The notes below the pieces were generated by a model, which was given only the letters and a program-made list of their open reading frames with translations, did no database searches and had not been told where the DNA came from. Made by a program: the position numbers and the translations under genes. DNA of 64,000 nt from an uncultured Chloroflexia bacterium (GTDB lineage: Bacteria > Chloroflexota > Anaerolineae > JAAYZQ01): positions 736,001-800,000 of the forward strand of contig CAVOXA010000010.1 of the NCBI GenBank assembly GCA_963700285.1, read 5' to 3'. Below are positions 10,736-20,737 of this stretch, one piece after another (within the stretch, counting starts at the first letter, position 1; every line of letters begins with the position of its first letter).

Positions 10736-12034
10736 GTGGAATCTCAAACGAACAGACGCTTCTACATCGTCACAGGATTGGCAGGTCTACTGCTGCGGCT
10801 GGTGGTTATGCCGTTCGCACTGCACGTCGACCCCAACTTTGGCGGCGATCTGCTTACCCTGAACTGGGAAGCCCATTCGCTGCTACAGGATCCACGTTTT
10901 GGGACCCCCTATCCTCCCCTGGCGCTGTATACCATCGGCGCTTTCCAGACCCTCTGGCGATTGCCGTTGTCCCTGCCCGTGCCGGTTGAGCCTACGCTGG
11001 ATGTCCAGACTTTCCTGGCGCCCCACTTTTTCTACCAGCTCTTTGCTACCAAGGCTCTGTATCTGCTGTTCGATCTGCTATGCCTGCTCTTCCTCGTGCG
11101 GCTCTACCGAGACAACCCGCGGCAGCATCGTATGGTCTGGCTGTTCTGGGTCTTTAACCCATTGGTGATCTATGATGCCTACGTGCACGGGCAGTATGAT
11201 CTGATCCCTGTGTTCTTTGTGATACTGGGCCTGTACGCCGCCAACCTGGACAAGCCCCGCTGGGCGGCACTGGCGCTGGGGATTGGAGCCTGCTATAAGG
11301 TTTTCCCGCTGTTCTTCCTGCTGCCCCTGGTCATCGTCTGCGCCAAGTCCTGGCGCGACAGGCTGGTGTTGCTGCTCCTTGGCGCTGCGCCATATCTCCT
11401 TCTTTCGATCCCCTTCCTGGCACAATGGAGCGGCAGTCTGGGCAGCTACCCGGATTGGTACCTCAGGGGCAGCTACGATCTGGGCTTCGGTTCGGAGGTC
11501 TATATCTTCCTGGTCTTTTATGGCGCTCTGCTGTGGTATCTCTACGACTGCCGGGCCAGCACCTTCCAGGACCTGTGGCGCGCCTCCTTTGCCGTGCTGC
11601 TGGTCTACTACCAGTTCAGCTACTTTGACCTGCACTATTGGGTCTGGATTGTGCCCTTTGCGGCCATCTATTGGGCTGAGCACCGGTCCCAGGCCCGACC
11701 CTTTTACATCGTCGTTCTGCTCTGCCTGCTTGTGCTCACTGCGCCCACACCGCTGGCGCGCTTCCTGGCTCCCATCAGCCCCCGGTTCTTCCTGCGCCTT
11801 CCCAGCCTGATGGAAGCGCTCAATCCCTACCTGCCGGTGCTGCTGATCACCAATATCGTGCGCAGCGTCCTGGCGGGCACCTGCTTCTATCTCGCCTGGC
11901 GGCTGCCGCGCGATGTGCCGGCCTCGCGCAACCGGGCAAGCCTGGCGACACCCTCCGCGGCGACAGGGCCTGTCGAACCCGGGCCTGGCCCGACAGGGCC
12001 TGTCGAACCCGGGCCTGGTCCGACAGGGGGGTGA
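10736..12034 (+). CDS. GT-C membrane glycosyltransferase (GT87/DUF2029-like)
   Basis: YPPL, K..YLLFD, FNPLVIY..Y.HGQYD, ALGIGACYK.FP motifs; multi-TM. Confidence 0.75.
   Translation: MESQTNRRFYIVTGLAGLLLRLVVMPFALHVDPNFGGDLLTLNWEAHSLLQDPRFGTPYPPLALYTIGAFQTLWRLPLSLPVPVEPTLDVQTFLAPHFFYQLFATKALYLLFDLLCLLFLVRLYRDNPRQHRMVWLFWVFNPLVIYDAYVHGQYDLIPVFFVILGLYAANLDKPRWAALALGIGACYKVFPLFFLLPLVIVCAKSWRDRLVLLLLGAAPYLLLSIPFLAQWSGSLGSYPDWYLRGSYDLGFGSEVYIFLVFYGALLWYLYDCRASTFQDLWRASFAVLLVYYQFSYFDLHYWVWIVPFAAIYWAEHRSQARPFYIVVLLCLLVLTAPTPLARFLAPISPRFFLRLPSLMEALNPYLPVLLITNIVRSVLAGTCFYLAWRLPRDVPASRNRASLATPSAATGPVEPGPGPTGPVEPGPGPTGG
11961..12027 (+). repeat. 30-bp tandem repeat (about 2.2 copies) encoding TGPVEPGPGP
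   Basis: CGACAGGGCCTGTCGAACCCGGGCCTGG(C/T)C twice, followed by CGACAGG. Confidence 0.9.
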
Positions 12035-12035
12035 A

Positions 12036-12758
12036 ATGGCTGGGACTTTTGCAAGGTCTGTGCTCTTGACCCTGATCGTGGCCCTGCTTGCGGGCTGTAC
12101 CATCGGCGGCGTGGACGTCGAGCAGGAGCAGGCTTCTGGCCTGGCAGGCGAGCTCCTGGACGGCCATAGCCTGGGCCAAACATTGACACTGGAGTTCGAC
12201 GGCCTGTACCGGATCGACCTGTATACGGCTACCTACGCCCGGGAGAACACGCACCCTATCATCTTTCGGCTTAGGACGGTGTCGGGCATAGATAAAGACC
12301 TCGTACGAGTGGAGCTGCCGGCGGCGCAGATCAGTAACAGCGGCCCGACGGCCATTGTCTTTCCGCCGCTGGCCGGCACCGCCGGCCAGACGCTCTATTT
12401 CTCTCTCGAATCGCCGGGCGCGGTACCTGGCGACGCTGTCACAGTCTACCGCCACGAGGAGAACATCTACGCAGGCGGGGAGATGCACGTCGACGGCCGG
12501 CCGGCCGGGGGCGACCTGGCCTTCATCGCCTACACCCAGGAACGCTTTTCCCTGGCCGAGATCTGGCGCGACTTTTATACCCGCGCCCGTCGGGACGGGG
12601 CCCTCTCTGTCCTCTATTGTTCCTTTTTGGCCTTGCTCCTGGTAGCACTGGCCGTCGTCCCCGCCTGGCCCCGGCAAAAGCCAGCGGCAGATGAGGGAGG
12701 AGAGGCGAAAGATAACCCACCTGCGAGGACCAATCCGGTCCCAAAGGAAGACAGATGA
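12036..12758 (+). CDS. Hypothetical lipoprotein with C-terminal TM helix
   Basis: ATG at 12036 after GGGGGTGAA; lipobox LLAGC; hydrophobic helix near the C-terminus. Confidence 0.6.
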   Translation: MAGTFARSVLLTLIVALLAGCTIGGVDVEQEQASGLAGELLDGHSLGQTLTLEFDGLYRIDLYTATYARENTHPIIFRLRTVSGIDKDLVRVELPAAQISNSGPTAIVFPPLAGTAGQTLYFSLESPGAVPGDAVTVYRHEENIYAGGEMHVDGRPAGGDLAFIAYTQERFSLAEIWRDFYTRARRDGALSVLYCSFLALLLVALAVVPAWPRQKPAADEGGEAKDNPPARTNPVPKEDR

Positions 12759-13996
12759 CCGAGCAAGAATCGATTACACAACCTACACCACGAACCACGC
12801 ACCACGCACCGCGCATCACGCGTCCCCAACACCGCCGCCTCTTCCTGTTCCTCACCCTCCTGTTGCTTGCGATTCTCCTGCAGGTCATCGTCCTCGGCTG
12901 GCGGGCCGAGACCGTCTTTTTCGTTACCTGGCTCCTGGCGGCACTCACCGTGCAGCACGACGGCCGCCTGTCGGCTGGTGTGGGCCTGGGATTTCTGGCC
13001 ACGGTCCCCCTGCTCTTGCTTGCGGACCAGAAGGGCGCTGCCGAGCAGACGGCTATCTATGCCTTCTATTTCCTGGCCATCGGCGTCGTGGTCCAGATCG
13101 AGGAGGTGGTTCTGGCGCGCTTTGGCTGGCTGGACCGCAAGCTGGACCTCGCCTACCTTTGGCGGCCTGTGGATCAAGCCTTGCAGCGTGCCTGGTCAGC
13201 CGCGATAGGCGCCGTGGGACGCCTTCAAGCTGCCGCCGATAGAAGGGAGTTGGTGCGCTTGGTCCAGATCCTGGGCGCAGCCGGGCTGGCCACCGTGTTC
13301 CTCTGGGCGGTGCTCAGCGGTGCGCCGGCCTCGGTGGTGGCGCCTTTGCTGGGCGGGGCCATCCTGTTTCCCTTCTTGGTGTGGGGCGTGTGGCTGATCC
13401 TGCGGGCAATGGGGCCGGCCTGGGTGCTGCGGGTGCTGCTGGCGCTGGCGCTCCTGGTCGTGATGACGTTCACATTGGCCTGGCTCTATGATCTGGGCAC
13501 GGCCGACCGGCTGGCGCGCATGGAGACCGCCTACGATTTTGTGGAGAATCTGGACAGGGCCCAACATGCCTCGCCCCCCGCGGAGGGCGAGGCCATCGAG
13601 GCCCGGGCATGGGCCGTCGAGGGAGAGGCGCGCCGGGTCCTGTACCAGCACCCGGCTTTCGCCGGTAGCAGCCGGGTAGCCTATACGGTCCCCATCGGCG
13701 AAGGGTACCTCCTGGCCTTTGAGCTGAGCACCAACCCCGATAGTTGGCTGCTGCCGGGCGACGGCGTCACCTTTACCGTGTATGTCGAGTCGGACCAAGG
13801 CACGGACCAGGTCTTTTCCACCTACATCAACCCCAAGGAGGAGGAGGCCGATCGGCGCTGGCATCCCGCGGCCATCGACCTGGGCGCCTATGCCGGCCAG
13901 ACGGTCACAATCATCTTTGAGACGGGTACGGGCCCGGCAGGGGACTATCGCTACGACTGGGCCGGCTGGGGTACGCCCCGGTTGCTGGAGCCGTAG
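12755..13996 (+). CDS. Hypothetical membrane protein with C-terminal NPCBM-like beta-sandwich
   Basis: About 6-7 TMs, then LYQHP, GDGVTF.V, W....IDL.AYAGQ.V.IIFET, DWAGWG.P. Confidence 0.6.
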   Translation: MTEQESITQPTPRTTHHAPRITRPQHRRLFLFLTLLLLAILLQVIVLGWRAETVFFVTWLLAALTVQHDGRLSAGVGLGFLATVPLLLLADQKGAAEQTAIYAFYFLAIGVVVQIEEVVLARFGWLDRKLDLAYLWRPVDQALQRAWSAAIGAVGRLQAAADRRELVRLVQILGAAGLATVFLWAVLSGAPASVVAPLLGGAILFPFLVWGVWLILRAMGPAWVLRVLLALALLVVMTFTLAWLYDLGTADRLARMETAYDFVENLDRAQHASPPAEGEAIEARAWAVEGEARRVLYQHPAFAGSSRVAYTVPIGEGYLLAFELSTNPDSWLLPGDGVTFTVYVESDQGTDQVFSTYINPKEEEADRRWHPAAIDLGAYAGQTVTIIFETGTGPAGDYRYDWAGWGTPRLLEP

Positions 13997-14123
13997 GAGT
14001 CTGCGGCGCCATAGCATGGGTGCCACAAATTGGGCCAAGGCCCAGTATGCGCCTTGGAGGAGCAAGATGGGGTCCTTTTGTGCCAAAAGGTAGGGTTAGG
14101 GCAAACGCATTTATCTTTTAACC

Positions 14124-14650
14124 GTAACTACTCAGGCTATGTGCGCCTGAGAGATTTGTAACTGAACTCTGAAGAAAATCAAACGGAAAACTAACACTTT
14201 CATGGTATTTTGTGTCTATTATGACGCCACCATCGGATTTAGATAGGAACCAGCTTGCAGAGTTAGACAAAGAAACCCTGATCGCCATCATCCAGGCATT
14301 GCAGCAGCAGGTGCGCGTCCTGGAAAAACAGGTGGCTGAGCAAGCGGTCATGATCCAATCCTTGCAGGACCAACTGGCCAAGAATAGCCGGAACAGCGGC
14401 AAGCCACCGAGTAGCGATGGCTTGAAGAAACCGCGCACACAGAGTCTGCGTCAGAAGACAGGTCGTCGTAGCGGCGGCCAAGAAGGCCATAAGGGACATA
14501 CCCTCAAGCAGGTTGAGGAACCGGATCATGTCCAGGTTCACGAAATTGCTACTGGACATCAAGGCTGAGGTGGAAGAAGCGGGTCCCCACCAAATGTCTC
14601 TGTCCCCAGAACGGATCACTCCAAACGGCGCTACGATGAACTGATTGCCT
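14124..14650 (+). mobile_element. IS66-family remnant: left end plus transposase N-terminus joined to a distal fragment
   Basis: GTAACTACTCAG end at 14124; KNSRNSGKPPSSDG...GGQEGHKGHTL; jumps at about 14546 to LLDIKAEVEEA...RYDELIA. Confidence 0.8.
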
Positions 14651-15052
14651 CCGCTATACGAGGCGCTTCGACACGCCATTGGGGCGCGGCGCGAGTTCTT
14701 CAACCATGTGCGCGCCCTGACCTGCTACCTCTATTTTCCGAGTTGGGACGACATGCTGGACTCTATGGACATCAAGCAGGAAGTAGGGCCTGTCTGATCT
14801 AGCTCTACGTCGCCATTGCTTAGCCCCGTCGGTGTTGCTCCTGACGTAGGCCACGACTTGAGGGCCGTTACCCCTTGCCTACAGAACTCCCATTACCTCG
14901 TTCATTGTCGATGCTCGGCTTTCTCGCTCCCTTAGGTCACTTTCATCGTTCCGCTTTGCCAGCTTGCAGCAAAATGATCTGCCGTTGCGAGTGCGCGGAC
15001 GACGCCTCTGTTCGACCGGGGAACTCTCCGCTCCTCATAATCAGAATTGCTG
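14651..15052 (+). mobile_element. 3' remnant of a second IS (DDE transposase C-terminus plus probable right end)
   Basis: 14651-14797 reads PLYEALRHAIGARREFFNHVRALTCYLYFPSWDDMLDSM, resembling transposase C-termini; GAATTGCTG at 15044-15052 is a candidate terminal IR. Confidence 0.55.
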
Positions 15053-15070
15053 GGTTCAAGTGACTCTGCT

Positions 15071-15099
15071 TTGCAGGAAAAGGGATTCTCAGGTATAAT
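15071..15099 (+). promoter_or_regulatory. sigma70-type promoter
   Basis: TTGCAG-17bp-TATAAT upstream of 15268. Confidence 0.6.
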
Positions 15100-15267
15100 T
15101 GGCGCAGGGTACCTCGTTTGTGGTTCCAACATCTGCATGTCCTTGGATGCTGAGGCATGTCTTCAGCGCTGCGAAAGGGCCACGCTACGAGCCTGTATTG
15201 CGGACCGATGGACCTGTGGCATAGCCTAGTTCTCAGCCCCATGCAGCTTTAGAACATAAGGAGGAGT

Positions 15268-15795
15268 GTGATGAATCAAGAAGGTGATATCGCCAGCCAG
15301 GGTGGTCAAACCGTTGCCGAAGTGGATCGCATTCGGGACATTATCTTTGGCCCGCAGATGCGCAATTACGAGCAACAGTTCAAGCGGTTGGCGGCTCAAG
15401 TTGATCGGCTGGGCAAGCAATTGGAGGACCTGAGTGCTGCTCTTGAACAGCAAAAAGAGGACCAGGAAGCGCGCACACGCCGGGCTGAGGAGGATCTGCG
15501 CCAGAGCCAGGCCGAGTTGGAGCGTGCCCTATCAACGCGACACGAGCAACTGGAGGCCAGCCTGGACCAACAGGTAACGGGGCTCAAAGGCGATAACCGC
15601 AAACTGGTTGCGGATATGAAAAAGCAGGCTAAGGATCTGCAAGGCGAGTTCTCTCAGGCCGTGGCCGCTTTGGAGGATGACAAGGCCAACCGGCATGACC
15701 TGAGCGATCTCCTGATCGAAATGGGTACCCGCCTTAAACAGCAAGTTGGCATCGCCGACCTCTTGGGGCAGTTGGAGGACGTGGCCAAAGACTAG
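15268..15795 (+). CDS. Hypothetical coiled-coil protein
   Basis: Strong RBS AAGGAGGAG; VDRIRDIIFG.QMR.YE motif followed by heptad-rich sequence. Confidence 0.75.
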   Translation: MMNQEGDIASQGGQTVAEVDRIRDIIFGPQMRNYEQQFKRLAAQVDRLGKQLEDLSAALEQQKEDQEARTRRAEEDLRQSQAELERALSTRHEQLEASLDQQVTGLKGDNRKLVADMKKQAKDLQGEFSQAVAALEDDKANRHDLSDLLIEMGTRLKQQVGIADLLGQLEDVAKD

Positions 15796-15805
15796 AGCCA
15801 ATCGT

Positions 15806-17095
15806 ATGAAGAAATTTGTGTTTCCCGACACGACCGTATTCCTCTATTTCCAATCCCTGGACCAGTTCGACCTGGCTGCGGCTCTCGAGTGCGATGCCGT
15901 GGAACTGGTTGTTGCGCCAGCCGTGATTGAGGACCTCGAACGGCAGGGCTGGGATCATCCCCGATTAAGTACACGCAAGCGTTCTGAGAACAGTCTGCGA
16001 ACGATCCGCACCTGGACGGAGATGAATGACGGGCTCGTCCGCCCTGGCGTGGAAGTAACACTCTGCTACAGCCCGAAGCAAACTACGTTCCAGGAGTATC
16101 GGTTGGATGCCCACAATCGGGACGATGTCATCATTGCCAGCGTCCTTGAATACAGCCAGATCCATAGTACTGACACCGTTCTACTCTTGACCGATGACGT
16201 GCGTCGCCGGTTAAAGGCCCATCGGCTCAACCTTCAGAGCATCAGCCTGCCGCCGGGTACCCGGCTTCCACCAGCCGAGGGAGCGTCGCAGGCTGCTGGA
16301 ACGGAATCTCTATGGGAACCTTCCCGACAACAACGCCGCGCACCACAGGTTGAGCTACGCTTCGACAGCGGTTCGCACCTGTTAGAAGTCCGGCCAAAAG
16401 ATAAAGTGTTCGACAGCGCTGACATGGTAGCCGCCCAGTTGGCTGAACTGAAAGATCAATTCCAGGAACCACTACGGTTGAGAGAGAGCAAGACAATGCC
16501 TGGGATAGATGACAGAGAAGCCGCATCCATGCTGACCAACGCGATCCTCTATCCCCAGGAAGAGTTCGAGAGATACCGGCAGGAGGTTCAGATATTCCTT
16601 GGAACTTGTGAGGAGTGGCTACAACATAGGTCGGAGGCGTTGAGCCCCACGCGTCGCAGCGTCAAGCTTGAGTTTGGACTGGTGAATTCGGGGGCTGCCG
16701 CTGCAGAAGGAGTGGTCCTTACCCTGTCCCTACCCAAAAGGCTGCGATGGCTTGAAGGTGTCGGTGACAAAGTGCCGCAACCACCAAAGCCGCCACGAAC
16801 ACACATGGAGATGATGAACGAGGCCATTTCGGATCTCTACAAAACGACGGTATTGCCTTGGTCGGCTGGTTTTGAATCCGTTGATGTTTCCAAGGCGGAT
16901 AGCTGGTTGGTAGAGGGGCGGGAGCTTCGAGGGCTGGTTGATGTCTGCCTGCCACACCGTACTGTGGGGCTGCCGCCCGCCTACGCCGCATTTGTCGATA
17001 CCGAAGCCATCTCAACCTTTGCCATCTCTTACGTCATCAACGAGAGAAACACGCCCGAGCCCATTGACGGTAAGCTCTTGGTTCGCGTCCTCTAG
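15806..17095 (+). CDS. PIN domain-containing protein with unknown C-terminal domain
   Basis: FPDTTVFL, VIEDLE, NRDDVII, LLTDD acidic PIN motifs in the first ~150 aa. Confidence 0.7.
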   Translation: MKKFVFPDTTVFLYFQSLDQFDLAAALECDAVELVVAPAVIEDLERQGWDHPRLSTRKRSENSLRTIRTWTEMNDGLVRPGVEVTLCYSPKQTTFQEYRLDAHNRDDVIIASVLEYSQIHSTDTVLLLTDDVRRRLKAHRLNLQSISLPPGTRLPPAEGASQAAGTESLWEPSRQQRRAPQVELRFDSGSHLLEVRPKDKVFDSADMVAAQLAELKDQFQEPLRLRESKTMPGIDDREAASMLTNAILYPQEEFERYRQEVQIFLGTCEEWLQHRSEALSPTRRSVKLEFGLVNSGAAAAEGVVLTLSLPKRLRWLEGVGDKVPQPPKPPRTHMEMMNEAISDLYKTTVLPWSAGFESVDVSKADSWLVEGRELRGLVDVCLPHRTVGLPPAYAAFVDTEAISTFAISYVINERNTPEPIDGKLLVRVL

Positions 17096-17173
17096 GCCCC
17101 AAAGGCAGCACGCCCTGGCCGCGCCAGAGCCCCCCACAATGACCGCCGGTCTCTAGATCTTGCCGGCACTTCG

Positions 17174-17202
17174 TTGCAGTTTCCGGCCAATTGAGGTATA
17201 CT
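17174..17202 (+). promoter_or_regulatory. sigma70-type promoter
   Basis: TTGCAG-17bp-TATACT upstream of 17247. Confidence 0.6.
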
Positions 17203-17246
17203 AGGGTCTGGCCCCAAAACGTATATTACCAATGGAGGTATGACAC

Positions 17247-18923
17247 GTGTACGACGTTTGGAGCAGGAACATGCGCGACAACGTGGGCTTGGTGCAGCAA
17301 AATGCAGGGCCAAGCACAGCCATCGTCGTATCTGGTAGCGAATCGGACCAAGCTTACTGGGGAGAACATTTTTGCCGAACTTCCAGCGACGTCTTTTGCC
17401 AGGATGGCAGCACGTACGTGGCTTCGGTTTACGAAAGGTTTCTGAGGGGCAACTTTCTGGGCACGTTCAACGCCTGGGCAGAAGCCATGCCAGGCATTGC
17501 CGCCAGCGGGATACCGCTTCCGGATGTTGGACTCATGAGCATGGTTTTTGGAAAAGGCAAGCGACTGAGTCCTTTTACGCAGGCACTCGGCAACCGCAAG
17601 CCGGCTTTTCCTACGCCCATGAAGGCACCGCAATCCGGCGTTTTTCTCCGTACTGTCGATCTTGCCAATCTATCTGCCAATTCCTGGGTACGCCACCTGA
17701 CCAGGAGTGGGTTCAGGGGCATGATCGTCAAATGGGGTGATGAAGCGGTCATTCCCGGGGTAGAATGGGATGCGAGGGCGCGTGATCTCAAGAAAGTAGA
17801 CGCAGTTCGTTTTGTGTGGCAGACAGAGATCACCAAGGACCTTGCCCGGGAAAAGGAATGGGTCGTGACTGACTCGGCTAGCGGTCTCATGAGATTCCAG
17901 TTCTCCAGGCAGGATCAGGATACGTTGCGGGGTAGAATAGCCGCGCTTGGAGACGATGTACAGGTTGGCGTCAACCTGGGCAGCCTGGCCATAAGCTATC
18001 CTTTCTTGGACACAGCTCTTGAGGTTCTTGGCGACGATGTTGTCGATCAAAAGAAATGGGCCAATTGGGACCCCTATGCCTGGATTGCCCTCTGCTGCCA
18101 GGATGAGAACCAGTGGCGGGCGGAAGCAGTGCACGAGGAACAACTGGGTAGAACAGGGATACGAGAGCTAGAGGCACATTATCCAGACTTCTATCCAAAA
18201 CTTGCCAGACTGCGCCGGGCGCTTGAGTCAAGAACCGGGCGGCCTCTGGCAGTTGGGGTATTGGATTTTGGGGAGACCTTTTGGGCAGATCTGGGGCTGC
18301 ATCTGACCCTGCGGGAAACGATGGATGCCCTGACAACCGAGTCGGATCGGGGCAGGGCAACCCGGGAACTCTTTGGTATCCCCCACGACCGGGACAAGAA
18401 TGGCAATATCATTGTTCGCAGCAACATTCCCCCCTCGGCCGATATCCGAGATTCCGTGCTCGTCGATTCGATAATCGTAGACCAGGATTCTGTCCTACGC
18501 AGAGGCGTGGTTGTTGGCGGCCGGCACGATTGGCTATCCATGCCCCAGGGGGGGTGCGCGCTCTTTTGCGCTGCGGATCGCCTGGAGTTCCAGGGGCCGC
18601 ATGGCGTTGCATTCCGCTCCCTTGGCTCCAAGATCATCATCGCTGAAGGTGGAAGGCACACCAGCCTGCTACTCCCAGATGGTCCAGCGGATATGGTTTC
18701 GAACGAATCAGTACTGGATTATAGCGGCGACAACTATGCCCAGCCAATTCTGGGCAACGAACTGTCTTTTGAGGATGCGGGCACCATCATGTCTGGCATA
18801 GATGGCCGCAACCTGGAGGACCGCTGGCTGCGAGCCTGGCAGGGGAAATGGAAGCCCCAGCAGACAGCAGCCACCCTCGGTCAGGGTGCGACCAAGTGTA
18901 CGGTCTCGGGCAGGACGAGATGA
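17247..18923 (+). CDS. Hypothetical protein, distant sugar-1-phosphate nucleotidyltransferase-like
   Basis: GGAGG RBS; FGKGKRLSPFT...K, WGD, FWADLG motifs, then a short hexapeptide-like repeat stretch. Confidence 0.5.
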   Translation: MYDVWSRNMRDNVGLVQQNAGPSTAIVVSGSESDQAYWGEHFCRTSSDVFCQDGSTYVASVYERFLRGNFLGTFNAWAEAMPGIAASGIPLPDVGLMSMVFGKGKRLSPFTQALGNRKPAFPTPMKAPQSGVFLRTVDLANLSANSWVRHLTRSGFRGMIVKWGDEAVIPGVEWDARARDLKKVDAVRFVWQTEITKDLAREKEWVVTDSASGLMRFQFSRQDQDTLRGRIAALGDDVQVGVNLGSLAISYPFLDTALEVLGDDVVDQKKWANWDPYAWIALCCQDENQWRAEAVHEEQLGRTGIRELEAHYPDFYPKLARLRRALESRTGRPLAVGVLDFGETFWADLGLHLTLRETMDALTTESDRGRATRELFGIPHDRDKNGNIIVRSNIPPSADIRDSVLVDSIIVDQDSVLRRGVVVGGRHDWLSMPQGGCALFCAADRLEFQGPHGVAFRSLGSKIIIAEGGRHTSLLLPDGPADMVSNESVLDYSGDNYAQPILGNELSFEDAGTIMSGIDGRNLEDRWLRAWQGKWKPQQTAATLGQGATKCTVSGRTR

Positions 18924-20737
18924 TCCCCCACTGGGGAGCCATCGGACCCCATGGCCGACAGCCAGGTTGAATCGCCAAAGGCATGTAGACCAATTGTTAA
19001 GGAGTAATCGCCCGGCTGGCCATACTCGGGTATGGGCAGCAAGTGAAGTGAGGCAAGCGGTATCCCTGGTAGCCAGCGATCGGTGGTGTCACGACCGGCC
19101 GTTGGCGAGCCGTCAGCGTACATCAGGAACTTGCCCTCTTTGTCCACCAGTTGAACGAGTGCCATCAGGTCCTCTTCCACTGGTTGGAGGCCTTGCCAGT
19201 AGAGGTACAGGACCAACTTGCCGCCAGGCTGTACCTGGTTGCTTTCCAGGCGATAGCCCAACAGCCGGAGCTCACCCCAATCCACGTTGAGGGACGTTGC
19301 CCCGGCGAGTTCCACCTCGGTGGCTACCGGCGCCGGTGCGTGAACAGGCCCGATGAAGCGAATGGGCGTGACGATCGCCAAGAGAAGCATCCCGGCTGCC
19401 AAGCCCCCCAGCAGCCACTTTTCCGCCCTCCCCTCCGCCCACCAGGCCCAGCCCACGACCAGGACAAGCATGATGGTGGGCATAACGGGATAGATGAGGC
19501 GGCCCTGGTCAGTACCCAGGACGGTGGCCGTCCACTGCAGTAGCGAGCCCAGGGTGATGACCGCATGCAAGCCCAATAGGCCCAGGCTCCATTTCGTAGC
19601 GCCCTCGAGTACGCTCCAACGGTGTGCCAGCCACGTGACGAAACCGGCCGCACCCGCCAGGCAGGCCACGCCGATGACCCAGTAGATCGCTTCATCAAAG
19701 GCAATACCGATCCAACCCAACCAGAAGGAGCGGAATACCCCCTTGAACAGCCAGGCCAGCACATCGAGACTCAGTGGTCCTTCGCGGCGGGCATTGATCT
19801 CGAGCAGGAATGACCAGCCCATGGGGTCGCCGTGCAGGAGCCAATTGCGGACAAAATACCAACCTGACAGGACTGCTACCAGGCCAAAGGCTAGCAACAA
19901 CCTGCCAGCGGCAGGCAGAACCCAAGCCCAACGCCCTGCCTCCCGCTCGCCATCTCCGGCGAATTGAGACCGGTAGCTGGCAACCAGCACAGCCAGACCC
20001 ACCACGGGCACCAACCCGATCAAATTCGCCTTGCTCAGCAGTCCCAGACCCAACAGAAGTCCCAACAGAGCGCAGCGCCGCCAGATAGGCTGAGACCCGG
20101 TGTCATGAAGCAAGGCGACCACCTGCCACAGGATCAAGGCCGAAAAGGTGAGGGCTGCATTGTCATTGTTCGCCACCGCAGACATGAAGATGAACTGGGG
20201 GGTAAAGGCAGTCAGGGCAGCCATCGTCAACGGGATGGCGGGTTGGGTAGGAAATAGTACGCGCCCAAGGCGGTAGACAGCCCAGACTGTAACCCCTCCG
20301 AGCACGACCGATAGGAGGCGAACCAGATGCCATGCCAGCGCCCAGCCGCGATAGGGCCATGCCTCATCTCTCGAGTGCAAGAGCAGGTTCTTTGGCGCAC
20401 GAGCGTCGGCGACGTCAAAGTGGGCGTTGGCCCGGATGGCAAAAGCCGCGTCCGTCTCATCTTCCACCCAGAATGTGAGCGCTGCACCTAGGACATAATA
20501 GAGCGGCGGCTGGAAAGCCTCGTGCTCCTCCTGTGTAGTTGGCAGCCGGCCATGTTGCGCCAGATAGCGGACGTAGGTAAAGTGTGGCACCTCGTCCGGC
20601 GCCTCACCCAGAGGGATGGTCACGCTGTACCAGACCGCGAGAACGAGGTAGAGAAGCAGCACGACGCCGAGCAAGATCCCAGACCTATCCTGCTTATCCC
20701 TGGCAAAGTCCTGGGGGCGATCCTGTTGCTGGCTCAC
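18881..20737 (-). CDS. GT39/PMT_2 (DUF2142-like) membrane glycosyltransferase
   Basis: EAPDEVPHFTY, EAFQPPLYY, SAVANND, LGLLSK, QGRLIYP; C-terminal LYW...W.PG domain. Confidence 0.8.
   Translation of the reverse strand: MSQQQDRPQDFARDKQDRSGILLGVVLLLYLVLAVWYSVTIPLGEAPDEVPHFTYVRYLAQHGRLPTTQEEHEAFQPPLYYVLGAALTFWVEDETDAAFAIRANAHFDVADARAPKNLLLHSRDEAWPYRGWALAWHLVRLLSVVLGGVTVWAVYRLGRVLFPTQPAIPLTMAALTAFTPQFIFMSAVANNDNAALTFSALILWQVVALLHDTGSQPIWRRCALLGLLLGLGLLSKANLIGLVPVVGLAVLVASYRSQFAGDGEREAGRWAWVLPAAGRLLLAFGLVAVLSGWYFVRNWLLHGDPMGWSFLLEINARREGPLSLDVLAWLFKGVFRSFWLGWIGIAFDEAIYWVIGVACLAGAAGFVTWLAHRWSVLEGATKWSLGLLGLHAVITLGSLLQWTATVLGTDQGRLIYPVMPTIMLVLVVGWAWWAEGRAEKWLLGGLAAGMLLLAIVTPIRFIGPVHAPAPVATEVELAGATSLNVDWGELRLLGYRLESNQVQPGGKLVLYLYWQGLQPVEEDLMALVQLVDKEGKFLMYADGSPTAGRDTTDRWLPGIPLASLHLLPIPEYGQPGDYSLTIGLHAFGDSTWLSAMGSDGSPVGDHLVLPETVHLVAP

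Noticed and set aside
11078-14086. Several 270-340 aa minus-strand ORFs
   Set aside because: Antisense to well-formed GC-rich membrane protein genes
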